Shown: in pieces, positions 1 to 9,682 of the stretch
How the letters are laid out: every line of letters starts with the position of its first letter
Position numbering within the stretch: the first letter of the stretch is position 1
Program-made: the position numbers and the translations under genes
IMG/VR virus record: IMGVR_UViG_3300035199_000798
Location: 1,222 to 65,221 of that record
Direction: 5' to 3' (one strand)
Source of the DNA: a virus
Taxonomy: Duplodnaviria > Caudoviricetes
DNA: 64,000 bases
The notes under the pieces: generated by a model
The model's input: only the letters and a program-made list of their open reading frames with translations
Databases searched by the model: none
Told to the model about the DNA's origin: nothing

Positions 1-567
1 GGGCGCATTACACTGGCCCGCAAAATCAACAAAGACAAAACTAATAATTTTGCGGTTGCGCAGAACACCAAAGTATACAAAGATGATAGTGGCGGCCCGG
101 TATATGCGACGCCCGGCAAGCAACCCTATTATCCAATGAAAGAGAACAAAAAAGTAGTTTATGAAACGTTGTCTATTCCACTTCCCGTTTATCTGGGAAT
201 TACTTACAAGGTAACGATAACCACGGAATATGCCCAGCAGATGAACGAGTTGATGGCGCCATTCGCTACGCTAGGGGGTCACATCAACTCCTTTTCTATT
301 AAGCGCGATGGACATAAGTATGAGACGTTTCTCCAGTCTGATTTTGACACCAGCAGTAACGTGTCGGATATGGGGAACGACGAAAGAAAATATGAATCAA
401 ATCTTAGTTTCGAAGTGCTAGGGTATATCATTGGCGAGTCACCTAATGGCGACCGACCGAAGATCGTGAGAAGGGAAAACGCCGTGGATGTGAAAATCCC
501 ACGCGAACGCGTTATTTTGGGCGATATTCCCGATTACATTGATAATCGAGGCTTTTACAGGGACTAA
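1..567 (+). CDS. Tail terminator / tail completion protein (T4 gp15-like), 5'-truncated by the window edge
   Basis: Frame open from position 1; PVYLGITYKVTITTEYAQQMNEL resembles the gp15 PVPY..F.L.I....D..Q segment; lies directly before the sheath gene. Confidence 0.55.
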   Translation, partial: GRITLARKINKDKTNNFAVAQNTKVYKDDSGGPVYATPGKQPYYPMKENKKVVYETLSIPLPVYLGITYKVTITTEYAQQMNELMAPFATLGGHINSFSIKRDGHKYETFLQSDFDTSSNVSDMGNDERKYESNLSFEVLGYIIGESPNGDRPKIVRRENAVDVKIPRERVILGDIPDYIDNRGFYRD

Positions 568-615
568 CAACTAATTAATAAAGAAACTTTTCCACAATTA
601 CAAGGAGAATAACGA

Positions 616-3546
616 ATGTCTGTTGATAGATTTAAATTTATTTCGCCCGGGATTTTTGTCAATGAAATTGATAACACTGGACGATCGGCGCTCCCCGCTG
701 ACGTTGGCCCAGCTTTAATTGGCCGCGCCGAAAAGGGGCCCATCCTGCAACCTATTAAGGTAAAGGACTTTGCTGAATTTGTAAATGAGTTTGGCATGCC
801 CATTCCCGGCGGAAACGGAAGTGACGTTTCTCGGAACGGCAATTACATTTCCCCCACCTACGCAGCTTACGCAGCCCAAGCATGGTTGAGAAACAACTCT
901 CCCGTCACGTACGTGCGCTTGGGAGGCCAAGCCAACGACGCAGCAACTTCAGACAACGGATTCGCCGGCTGGCGAACTGACAATCTCACCCCTTCCCTCA
1001 CCCCTGGCAGCAACGGCGGCGCATACGGCCTATTCGTTGCTATGAGCGCCTCGGACGGCGGCCATGGGGTAGCCGATCAGACCCCAGTCACCGGAACCCT
1101 CGCTGCAATTTGGTATTTAAATGACGATTGTCTGATTGGACTCTCAGGCTCCCCTTCATGTCCAGCCCCCGCAGGCAACATACCCGCCTCCGCAACGAGC
1201 TATCAGAAACTTGGCTCAGGACAAACCTTTAAGGTAAAAATTCAATCCGCTGCAGGCGGTGTGTCAAACGCCACCATTGTCGATAGTGAGTTTGATTTCA
1301 CTGAAACGAGCGATAAGTACATTCGCAAGGTTTTTAACACCAACCCGACACTGTGTAATAGTGCCATTACTAGCGATGTGCAAGGTTATTGGCTCGGCGA
1401 AACATTTGAAGGCGCCGTAAAGGCGGCCCTGACCGGATCTAATACTTTGGGCGTTATATTGCCCTTGATTAGCGGCTCCGATGGTTCTCGTTCGGGTCAC
1501 TTGGCTGACCGTCGCAAAAATTATCAAACCGGCAAAACCGGATGGTATATCGCGCAAGATATGAGCCAAGGCCTTAGCACAGGCAGCTTTGACGCTGGGA
1601 CAATGCAAAAGCTTTTCCGAGTGGTTGCGCGCAACGCGGGAAGTTGGTCTTCGAAAAATCTTAAGATTTCCATCCAAGACCTCAAGCGCTCCCCAAATAC
1701 TTATCAGAAATATGGGAGTTTTACTCTGGCTGTGCGCAAGATGAAAGATACAGACAATACGGTGGAATATGTGGAACAATTCAATAATCTGAATTTAAAT
1801 CCCAATTCCGAAAACTATATTGCGCGCCGCGTTGGGGATGCCTATAAAACATGGGATGACACCAATCGTCGCTACAAGGACTACGGCCAATATGGCAATA
1901 TGTCAAAATACATTCGCATCGAAATGAACACTTCGGTGGATAGAGGTGACACAGACCCAGAATTACTCCCATGGGGCGTCTTTGGACCTCTTGTTTACAG
2001 AAGCTTCACGGACCTCGGGGGTATGACGGCCACGGGAGACACCAGTATCGCCCATCTCCATACCATGGTTAGCGGGGCCTTCGACGACGTCCACACCGGG
2101 GACCTCCCCGCCACGGCGCACTTCATTTCAGGCTCAGCGCTTGGGAATATTCGTTATCAGTTCCCCCGCCTTCGATTGCGCGTCTCAGCGTCGGAAGGCA
2201 GCCCGGTAGATCCTCGGGATGTGTACTTTGGCGTGGATACCACGTTTAATACCTCTCGTTATGATCCTAGCGTTGCTGATCACTTGACCATTTTGGCGAG
2301 AACAACGAGCGACACCAACGAAGGAGCGGGCACCGACCATTCATTTGTCTTCACTCTTGACGATATGATGAATACTAATAGTGCGCTGAGTGGCACTAAT
2401 GTGTACGTTTCGGGCTCACGTGCGGCAACGCCGGTTGGAACTGACGCTAGTTCGATCCGACGGTCGTTGACTTATACCCGAGGAACGGGCTCATATGCGA
2501 CCATTCTGGACAGCGCCGGCGTGGATAGCTTTACCGCCCTTTTATTCGGCGGATTTGATGGCACCGACATTACAGAGGCAGCGCCTTTTAACTCGACCAT
2601 CTTGGACGCGGCGACCAGCGCAGCAACTAGCTATCCTTTCAACTCAGTCCAGGTGGCTATCGATAGCTTGCGAGACCCAGAGGTTGTAGAATACAACGTG
2701 GCAGCGATGCCAGGTGTTAAAAACAATACCCTCAACCGCCAATTGGTGGAAATGTGCGAATCTCGCGGCGACTCTTTGGCCGTCATCGACCTAAAGGGTG
2801 GCTACACGCCCAAGTATGAAAATACAACAGCCGAGACCTCTCGCCTAGGCGACGTCGACACGGTTGTATTAAACGCGCGTAATGAATTGCTCATCAATTC
2901 CAGTTACGGCGCGGCCTACTATCCGTGGGTACAAATTAGAGATACCAGTAGCGGTCAACTTGTCTGGGTACCACCCTCCGTTGCCGCCATTGGGGCCATG
3001 TCATATTCTCAAAAGACAGCCGACTTATGGTTTGCTCCGGCAGGCTTTACACGAGGCGGCCTTTCGACAGGCAACGCTGGTCTTCCGGTCACCGCTGTCC
3101 GCGAGCGCTTAACGTCTAAACAACGAGATAAGCTCTACGAGGCCAACATTAATCCGATTGCGCAGTTCCCAGCGGAAGGTATTGTAATCTTTGGACAAAA
3201 GACCCTACAAGCCACCCCATCTGCTCTTGATAGAATCAATGTTCGCCGGCTTCTGATCTACTTGAAGCGCCAAATCTCCCGATTTGCCGCCACGGTGATC
3301 TTCGACCAAAATGTCCGGTCCACATGGAACCGCTTTAAAGGTCGCGTCGAACCCTTCTTGGCAAGCGTCCAAGCAGGTCTAGGCATTACCAAGTTTAAGT
3401 TGGTGTTGGATGACACCACCACCACCGACGACTTGATCGATCGCAATATTATGTATGCGAAGATTTACATCAAGCCTGCGCGAGCTATTGAATATATCGC
3501 TCTTGATTTTATCTTAACTGACAATGGTGCGGCTTTCGAAGACTAA
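616..3546 (+). CDS. Contractile tail sheath protein (gp18-like)
   Basis: N-terminal SPGIFVNEID; C-terminal YYPWV, WFAPAGFTRG, LYEANINPI, FGQKTLQ, LDRINVRRL, IKPARAIEYI; AAGGAG RBS. Confidence 0.95.
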   Translation: MSVDRFKFISPGIFVNEIDNTGRSALPADVGPALIGRAEKGPILQPIKVKDFAEFVNEFGMPIPGGNGSDVSRNGNYISPTYAAYAAQAWLRNNSPVTYVRLGGQANDAATSDNGFAGWRTDNLTPSLTPGSNGGAYGLFVAMSASDGGHGVADQTPVTGTLAAIWYLNDDCLIGLSGSPSCPAPAGNIPASATSYQKLGSGQTFKVKIQSAAGGVSNATIVDSEFDFTETSDKYIRKVFNTNPTLCNSAITSDVQGYWLGETFEGAVKAALTGSNTLGVILPLISGSDGSRSGHLADRRKNYQTGKTGWYIAQDMSQGLSTGSFDAGTMQKLFRVVARNAGSWSSKNLKISIQDLKRSPNTYQKYGSFTLAVRKMKDTDNTVEYVEQFNNLNLNPNSENYIARRVGDAYKTWDDTNRRYKDYGQYGNMSKYIRIEMNTSVDRGDTDPELLPWGVFGPLVYRSFTDLGGMTATGDTSIAHLHTMVSGAFDDVHTGDLPATAHFISGSALGNIRYQFPRLRLRVSASEGSPVDPRDVYFGVDTTFNTSRYDPSVADHLTILARTTSDTNEGAGTDHSFVFTLDDMMNTNSALSGTNVYVSGSRAATPVGTDASSIRRSLTYTRGTGSYATILDSAGVDSFTALLFGGFDGTDITEAAPFNSTILDAATSAATSYPFNSVQVAIDSLRDPEVVEYNVAAMPGVKNNTLNRQLVEMCESRGDSLAVIDLKGGYTPKYENTTAETSRLGDVDTVVLNARNELLINSSYGAAYYPWVQIRDTSSGQLVWVPPSVAAIGAMSYSQKTADLWFAPAGFTRGGLSTGNAGLPVTAVRERLTSKQRDKLYEANINPIAQFPAEGIVIFGQKTLQATPSALDRINVRRLLIYLKRQISRFAATVIFDQNVRSTWNRFKGRVEPFLASVQAGLGITKFKLVLDDTTTTDDLIDRNIMYAKIYIKPARAIEYIALDFILTDNGAAFED

Positions 3547-3588
3547 AAAATAATCTAGGAAACTAGTTAACTTTAAGGAGAAAGAAAC

Positions 3589-4131
3589 ATGGCTTTTTGG
3601 AGAGATGGAAGCGTAGAACCTAAGAGACAATTTAGGTGGACATTTACACTGGGCACCGGTCTGGCAGGAGCGTCTATCCAGACATACTTTTGCAAATCGG
3701 TGAAAAAGCCCTCTTTTGCGGTGAACCCTGTACAACATCAATTTGTCCAACATACTTTTTACTATCCTGGAAGATTAACTTGGAATCCCGTCGACATTAC
3801 TTTTGTTGATCCGGTCAATCCGGACACATCAACGATTTTGGCGAATATTGTGGCCGATTCTGGCTATTCGGTTCCCGTCGATGAGCAAATCGCATTGCGC
3901 TCCATGAGCAAAGGTGACTTTGTTAGCAACATTGGTACCCCCACTATCCAACAGATCGACGCTGACGGTAACCCCATTGAGACGTGGACGTTGCAGAACG
4001 CTTTTGTTACGACTCTGGATTTTGGCCAGCTAGACTATTCAATGGATGATCTTGTAGTTGTCTCTATGACGCTTCAATACGATTTCGCGGAACTTGGCGG
4101 CACAAGCACACCTTCACGACTCCAAAGCTAG
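3589..4131 (+). CDS. Tail tube protein (gp19-like)
   Basis: Follows the sheath; PKRQFRW, YYPGRLTWNPVDITF, ETWTLQNAF, LDYS, LQYD tube motifs. Confidence 0.85.
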   Translation: MAFWRDGSVEPKRQFRWTFTLGTGLAGASIQTYFCKSVKKPSFAVNPVQHQFVQHTFYYPGRLTWNPVDITFVDPVNPDTSTILANIVADSGYSVPVDEQIALRSMSKGDFVSNIGTPTIQQIDADGNPIETWTLQNAFVTTLDFGQLDYSMDDLVVVSMTLQYDFAELGGTSTPSRLQS

Positions 4132-4150
4132 TTTGAAATAGATTTCTAAT

Positions 4151-4705
4151 ATGCCTTTTTGGTCTGACAGCAGAATGTCCCCCAAGCTTTCCTATCGGTG
4201 GCTTTTAGACATCGGCGGTGGGCCCGGAACAAGCATCGCTAACTACACCGTAAGATCCTTCCAAAAGCCCTCGTTTACCGTGGGAGTTTCAGAATATCTA
4301 AACATTAACGATTTGGCTTACAAGCCGGGCATCGTATCGTGGACACCCATTGATGTGACGTTGGTTGATCCCGAAAATACATTTGAAAATAATAGCAAAA
4401 TCCTTTATCGCATCATACAAGAGTCGGGATACGTCAAAGATCCGCGGAACGCGGAACAGTTTCCTGCTAGCGCTATCGTCAAAAAGCGCAATAGCTCTCT
4501 TTTAGGGGGCGGAGGCGCGTACGGCGGCCTCATTACGTTCACACAAATCGATTCCCATGGCGACGCTGTTGAAACGTGGACCCTGTGGAATCCCTTTATT
4601 AGTTCGATTAATTTCGGACAAGCAAATTATGCGTCCGACGAACTGATGACGATATCCGTACAGATTTATTACGATTTTGCCGACTTTAGACTGGCACACG
4701 AATAA
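4151..4705 (+). CDS. Second tail tube-like protein
   Basis: Paralogous to the preceding ORF (MPFWSD..PK..YRW, PG..SWTPIDVTLVDP, ETWTLWNPF, YDFA). Confidence 0.8.
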   Translation: MPFWSDSRMSPKLSYRWLLDIGGGPGTSIANYTVRSFQKPSFTVGVSEYLNINDLAYKPGIVSWTPIDVTLVDPENTFENNSKILYRIIQESGYVKDPRNAEQFPASAIVKKRNSSLLGGGGAYGGLITFTQIDSHGDAVETWTLWNPFISSINFGQANYASDELMTISVQIYYDFADFRLAHE

Positions 4706-4725
4706 GAATTAAGTTCACCAGACGT

Positions 4726-4754
4726 TTAACAAGGCCACGATCTTGTGTTATAAT
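4726..4754 (+). promoter_or_regulatory. sigma70-type promoter upstream of the tail chaperone gene
   Basis: TTAACA-17 nt-TATAAT with an extended TG. Confidence 0.5.
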
Positions 4755-4780
4755 AATACTTTAGGAAAAGAGAGGTTACT

Positions 4781-5650
4781 ATGGTAAGATCCAACAAAGA
4801 TAGATTCGCAATCCCGGAACAAGACCCGGGCCCCCCCGTACCGGCCCAACAGACGCCCGAAGTCGCCGCGCCCGGCACGGAACACTCAAACCCCTCTTCT
4901 ATGCTTCAGTTCATTGTTCCCACTGAGGTAGTAGATTTGCCGAGTAAAGGCATCTTTTATGGCGAAGGGCACCCCCTCCATAACTGTGAAACCATTGAAA
5001 TTCGTCACATGACGGCTAAAGAAGAGGACATCCTTACTTCGGCCACGCTTCTTAAAAAGGGAATGGCCTTGGATAAAATGCTTCAAAGCGTTATTGTCAA
5101 TAAGGACATTAAAGTGGAAGATCTCCTCCTTGGGGACAAAAATGCGCTTCTTGTCCACTCGCGTGTCTATGGCTACGGCGCTGACTATAGTACGGTGATT
5201 GCGTGTCCGGCGTGTGGAGAGTCTTTTGAGAACAACTTCGATTTAACTGCCATTGGAAACAAGGAACTTGACCTTCAGTTGGATAAGTATGGTATTGAAA
5301 GCACCGACAGGCGCACATTTCTTATTGAACTTCCTAAGTCAAAATATAATGTGGAATTTCGCCTACTTACATCAAGAGACGAGACAGCAGCCCTTGGATC
5401 GGCCAAAGAGATGAAGTCTTTGAAACTCCTTGAAACTATTACAGTTTCCCTTAATGACCAGACCGATCGTTTTTACATTAAAAGAGCGTTAAGTAGCCTT
5501 CCCATCATTGATGCCTCCATTCTTAAACGAGCTTACGCCGCCGCCACGCCGGACATCAACCTTACGCAGGAGGCTCATTGCCCCCATTGCGCGGAAATAT
5601 CCGAAGTGGGGGTCCCGCTTGATGCGGGCTTTTTTTGGCCTGAACTCTGA
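4781..5650 (+). CDS. Baseplate hub assembly / tail assembly chaperone (T4 gp26-like)
   Basis: VDLPSKG, IRHMTAKEEDILTS, two CxxC pairs, C-terminal FFWP; lies between the tube genes and the tape measure. Confidence 0.75.
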   Translation: MVRSNKDRFAIPEQDPGPPVPAQQTPEVAAPGTEHSNPSSMLQFIVPTEVVDLPSKGIFYGEGHPLHNCETIEIRHMTAKEEDILTSATLLKKGMALDKMLQSVIVNKDIKVEDLLLGDKNALLVHSRVYGYGADYSTVIACPACGESFENNFDLTAIGNKELDLQLDKYGIESTDRRTFLIELPKSKYNVEFRLLTSRDETAALGSAKEMKSLKLLETITVSLNDQTDRFYIKRALSSLPIIDASILKRAYAAATPDINLTQEAHCPHCAEISEVGVPLDAGFFWPEL

Positions 5651-5654
5651 TTAT

Positions 5655-5828
5655 ATGAAAGCTGTCTATGAGCAGTTTTTCTACATGAAGTACGTTTCAA
5701 GTTGGTCCCTCGCCGAGCTTTACAGCCTACCCATAGGCCTCCGTACATGGTTCGTGGAGCGCACCATCCAGCAAAAACAAGCGGAACAAGAAGAAATTGA
5801 AAAAGCGCAAAAGAGTCGCGGCCGCTAA
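5655..5828 (+). CDS. gp51-like baseplate hub assembly catalyst (probably also the frameshift extension of the upstream chaperone)
   Basis: YEQFFYMKYVSSWSLAELYSLPIGLRTWFVER matches the gp51-like F.LM....S..E...MP..R pattern; no RBS before its ATG. Confidence 0.65.
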   Translation: MKAVYEQFFYMKYVSSWSLAELYSLPIGLRTWFVERTIQQKQAEQEEIEKAQKSRGR

Positions 5829-5881
5829 TTTCTTCTAACTACTAATTATATATAATAGACACTCTCTATGAGGACATCATC

Positions 5882-6211
5882 ATGTTAAAAGATATCCATA
5901 TTGATCTAAACACACTTAAAGGTGACACTCTTAATGAGTCCGCTGTTGTTCGCATGGCAGCAGATCTCAAGTATTTATTGTATCACATGGCAGGCCCCAG
6001 CGCTAATTTATTCCCCCGAGGAGTCAAAGTGAGCGGCAGCCGTGTGGATCTCCAAAATTTTAGTCGCGTGATGGCCAAAGAAAAGAATTATATGGATTCA
6101 TACCTAAAACATGGACTAAACGACCCCCGCGTCCTAAATGATCGACACAAACTCGAAAAAGCCGTCTATGCCTTCGAAAGAGAAACAGGCATCAAATGGC
6201 CACTCAAGTAG
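5882..6211 (+). CDS. Hypothetical late protein
   Basis: 109 aa ORF with GAGG RBS, CTAATTA motif upstream and an LNE motif. Confidence 0.7.
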   Translation: MLKDIHIDLNTLKGDTLNESAVVRMAADLKYLLYHMAGPSANLFPRGVKVSGSRVDLQNFSRVMAKEKNYMDSYLKHGLNDPRVLNDRHKLEKAVYAFERETGIKWPLK

Positions 6212-6222
6212 GTTAACTCGCA

Positions 6223-8463
6223 ATGGCAAACCAAGACGACCTCACCCTTCAAGAACAGATAAACGCAGCCCTTGACGATCAGTTCGGGAAAAAACAGGCC
6301 CTTATGGACCAGGACATGCGCGCCGCCGCAGAGGCTCAAGCCAAACTCGCCATTCAGCAAGAAGAGTTAGCGTTGGCGGAAAAACAGCTTGTGGAGGCGC
6401 AAAAAGCTAACAAAGAGGCCGAGAAAAAGGCGGCTTTTGACGGCATCAGTATCAAAACTCAAGATTCGGCGCTTGAAAAAGCCCAAAAACTTGTCGCCCA
6501 AACCAAAGCCAATGTCAAGGAAACAAAAAAACAAGTAAAAGCCACCGAAGGCGTCGCAAAAGCGTTCGGCGACACGCTGGCACGTGTAGACACTCTAAAG
6601 GGTCAGCTTTTAGGCATCAACGAAGTTACTGAGCAGCTTGGCGAAGAACTCACTAAAGACGGGAAGATTGTAGGCAACATTACCCGAAAAGTGGGCAAGC
6701 TAGTCAAAGGGATAGGAGACAGCTTCACAGGCGCAAATATGCTGGGCAAAGCTTTCGAAAGCGCCCAAGAAAAAGTTGTCGGGATGAACGACAGCCTTAA
6801 CCAAACTGCTAAAAAATATGGCATTACAGACGCCATCGGCCGCGCAAAAGAGTTTGACGCCACAATGCGCAAGACGGCGCGCCAAGTAGGTATCACAAGC
6901 CTTGACGCGATGTATGCCCAAAACGAGATGTTTGAGGCCGCCATTGAAGGCACCGTCCATACGGGAGACAGCTACTTAAAGATGAACGCCGCCGTCTTTA
7001 AAACTTCTACCGTTTTCCGCCAGGCCTCGAAGAGTATGAGAGAGGACATGACCCTCATAAGCCTCGACCTTCAACAAACATTTGGAGTGACCGCAGGAGA
7101 AAGCACGCAGGTCATGCAAGAGTTGGCCACCACTTTTGGAAAGACGGGTCCTCAAGTAACGAAGCTTACCGCAGACTTGGCGATGATGGCACAAACACAA
7201 GGACGAGACGTCAACAAGAGCTTCCAAGATTTTGCCAATATGTCCGGACAGTTAGCCAAGTTTGGCCTTCCAAGTGCTACCAAGGAATTCGCGCGTCTTC
7301 AAGCGATCGAAGAAAAAACTGGCGCCTCTATGAACAATCTCGTGAGCAGCATGGACACTTTTAGCACCTTTGAAGGGGCTCTCACTGCCGCCTCCAAACT
7401 TAATGCCGCTTTCGGAAGCACCATCGACGGCATGGAACTCATGGACACAATGATGACCGGCGGTCCAGCCGAAGCGCTTCTGCAGCTCCGCCAACGCTTG
7501 GATGAAACGGGTCAATCGTTTGAGTCGATGAACTACGCTCAAAAGCGCGTGATGGCAGAAGCCACCGGCATGGGCGTAAGCGATCTTGCTAAATTTATGT
7601 CCACCCCCTTTGATGAACTAGAAGCCGCAGTTGCCGACTCAGATAAGAGCATTGAAGGTCTGACCGCTTCCCAAGAAAAACTCAAAGCCGCCACCGAAGG
7701 CACCTTAACCGGGGCAGAAGCGCAAGCGAAGTTGCAAGATGATCAGCGCGCAGCCGTACAAGAATTGGGATCCGCATTGGAGCAAATGGAAGTTGTGATG
7801 GCCCGTAACACAAACGCCTGGGTTGCCTTTGGAATGGCGGCCGCCCAATCAGCCGGAATGTTTGTCGGCGGCCTGGCCAAAATGCTGGCCAAGTTCATAT
7901 TCTTTGAGAAGGCTCAGACAGCATCAGCCGGCACTGGCACTGCCGAGCGCATCGGATTGGCCGGAGCGGAAACCGCAGCCTGGAACGCCCGGAATCTAGC
8001 CAGATTGGGCATTGCGGGGCTAGCCGTGGCGGCCGTATATGGGGCATACAAAGCCGGCGAATGGATGGCTGACAACACCGATCACTTAGGGTTTGACACG
8101 GCGCCCAATAAAGACGCACAGGATAATCCCATACCAACAATGATAGGTCCCGGGGAAACTGCCTTTGCCGTCGGCCAAAATTTTATTAGCCAGCCCACGA
8201 TGGCCACCGTTGGCGAGGGCGGCGCCCCAGAAATCGCCAACATAAAGGGTCAAAACTACATGGTAGGCATGGGTGGCCCTCAGAACATAGCGCTTGGCGC
8301 AGGCGACAGCGTATCTCCTACGCAGGGCGCGCAGGCGGCCGGCCCCAAAGAGGTTGTAATGAACTTTACCTTTGTTGACGAGAACGGCAAAAAGAAAACT
8401 CAACGCATTCAACGCGAATTTAAAGAAATGATGAACGAGAAATTACAGTTCAGTTATACTTAA
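6223..8463 (+). CDS. Tape measure protein
   Basis: 746 aa Ala/Gln/Lys-rich helical protein after the chaperones; hydrophobic segments near the C-terminus; VGEGGAPE motif. Confidence 0.8.
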   Translation: MANQDDLTLQEQINAALDDQFGKKQALMDQDMRAAAEAQAKLAIQQEELALAEKQLVEAQKANKEAEKKAAFDGISIKTQDSALEKAQKLVAQTKANVKETKKQVKATEGVAKAFGDTLARVDTLKGQLLGINEVTEQLGEELTKDGKIVGNITRKVGKLVKGIGDSFTGANMLGKAFESAQEKVVGMNDSLNQTAKKYGITDAIGRAKEFDATMRKTARQVGITSLDAMYAQNEMFEAAIEGTVHTGDSYLKMNAAVFKTSTVFRQASKSMREDMTLISLDLQQTFGVTAGESTQVMQELATTFGKTGPQVTKLTADLAMMAQTQGRDVNKSFQDFANMSGQLAKFGLPSATKEFARLQAIEEKTGASMNNLVSSMDTFSTFEGALTAASKLNAAFGSTIDGMELMDTMMTGGPAEALLQLRQRLDETGQSFESMNYAQKRVMAEATGMGVSDLAKFMSTPFDELEAAVADSDKSIEGLTASQEKLKAATEGTLTGAEAQAKLQDDQRAAVQELGSALEQMEVVMARNTNAWVAFGMAAAQSAGMFVGGLAKMLAKFIFFEKAQTASAGTGTAERIGLAGAETAAWNARNLARLGIAGLAVAAVYGAYKAGEWMADNTDHLGFDTAPNKDAQDNPIPTMIGPGETAFAVGQNFISQPTMATVGEGGAPEIANIKGQNYMVGMGGPQNIALGAGDSVSPTQGAQAAGPKEVVMNFTFVDENGKKKTQRIQREFKEMMNEKLQFSYT

Positions 8464-8483
8464 TAGAAAGGAGACCACAATAA

Positions 8484-9299
8484 ATGGCTGCCATGCAAAA
8501 TGTTATCAAAATAAAACCGATGCACATTCCCAATACACCGGCCTTGACTTTTCCAACCATCATAACGCAGTTTGAAGACACATGGACACCAAATTGGCGC
8601 TCTGAGATGGTGTATGCGCGCATGGACCCGCTTGGGTTTTATGGAGGCACCACTCGCACCCTGACACTAGGTTTTAGGGTAATCGGGGAAGATCCATATG
8701 AAGCACAGAACAACATGGCTCAGCTAGAAAAGCTTATCCAATATCAATATCCCACGTTTCAACGGCACGGCGCGATGGCCACTTTGAAGGCACCTCCGTA
8801 CTTTAGCGTGGAGGTTATGAATCTGGCACGCACCTCGGGCGGCTCTAGAAATAAAGGGACGCAAGGCCTCCAAGGTTATTTTACTTCGCCTCTTACAATT
8901 AACCCTGGCTTTCAAGACAAGACCAACCCCCAGTACTTTAGCTCTGATTTCAAGAAAATCTACTTTTCGGATGTCAATGTCACTTTTCAAATGGTTGTTT
9001 TACATTCTCATGAAGTGGGCTTTTACAATCAAAATACGACTTACGGAGTGGGCGCTGGTCAAGAAACCTACCCCTATGGGGTTTCCCCATCCGCGGACGG
9101 GCCCTCCAACGCCGCGGCGGGCAAAGCCGCGGGTTATGGCCCGAACATCCCCCATGCGACTAACACCGCGGTGCAAGGGGTCACACAAGTCGTGGCAAAA
9201 GGCCTCAATGTGGCGAACGCGCAAGGTAGAATTGCGCGGAACAGGGCGAATCTGAGTGCCCAGCAGCGGAGGATAATGAGAAGGCGATACAACCCATAG
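8484..9299 (+). CDS. Baseplate / tail-tube initiator protein
   Basis: FEDTWTPNW..E.VYARMDP..FY..T.R.L.LGF pattern typical of the gene after the tape measure in myoviruses. Confidence 0.6.
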   Translation: MAAMQNVIKIKPMHIPNTPALTFPTIITQFEDTWTPNWRSEMVYARMDPLGFYGGTTRTLTLGFRVIGEDPYEAQNNMAQLEKLIQYQYPTFQRHGAMATLKAPPYFSVEVMNLARTSGGSRNKGTQGLQGYFTSPLTINPGFQDKTNPQYFSSDFKKIYFSDVNVTFQMVVLHSHEVGFYNQNTTYGVGAGQETYPYGVSPSADGPSNAAAGKAAGYGPNIPHATNTAVQGVTQVVAKGLNVANAQGRIARNRANLSAQQRRIMRRRYNP

Positions 9300-9311
9300 G
9301 ATCCCACTATT

Positions 9312-9662
9312 ATGACAATATCTAGATATGACAAACGAGATATAATTAAAAACACTTCGCTCGACTACGCTTATTCGGAAATTTTCCGCGGTCGAGGTCT
9401 TGTTTCACCGCTCCAATATACCCTCGCCAGCTTCAAGAACCTCACCGAGAAAGAGATAGAAGGCTTCCAACTGGAAACTAAAATATGGTCCGTTGGGGAA
9501 AAGTACTTTAAATTGGCTTATGAATATTATGGTGACCCGGAATATTGGTGGGTCATCGCCTGGTATAACCAGAAGCCCCTGGAGACAGATTTTGTTCCGG
9601 GAGAGGTGGTGGAAATTCCGCTCCCCTTGGAATTGGTTCTCCAAGAATTAGACGTTTACTAA
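9312..9662 (+). CDS. Baseplate wedge LysM / gp53-like protein
   Basis: KLAYEYYGDPEYWWVIAWYN...G..VEIP. Confidence 0.8.
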   Translation: MTISRYDKRDIIKNTSLDYAYSEIFRGRGLVSPLQYTLASFKNLTEKEIEGFQLETKIWSVGEKYFKLAYEYYGDPEYWWVIAWYNQKPLETDFVPGEVVEIPLPLELVLQELDVY

Positions 9663-9682
9663 ACTATTGAGGAATACAGACG

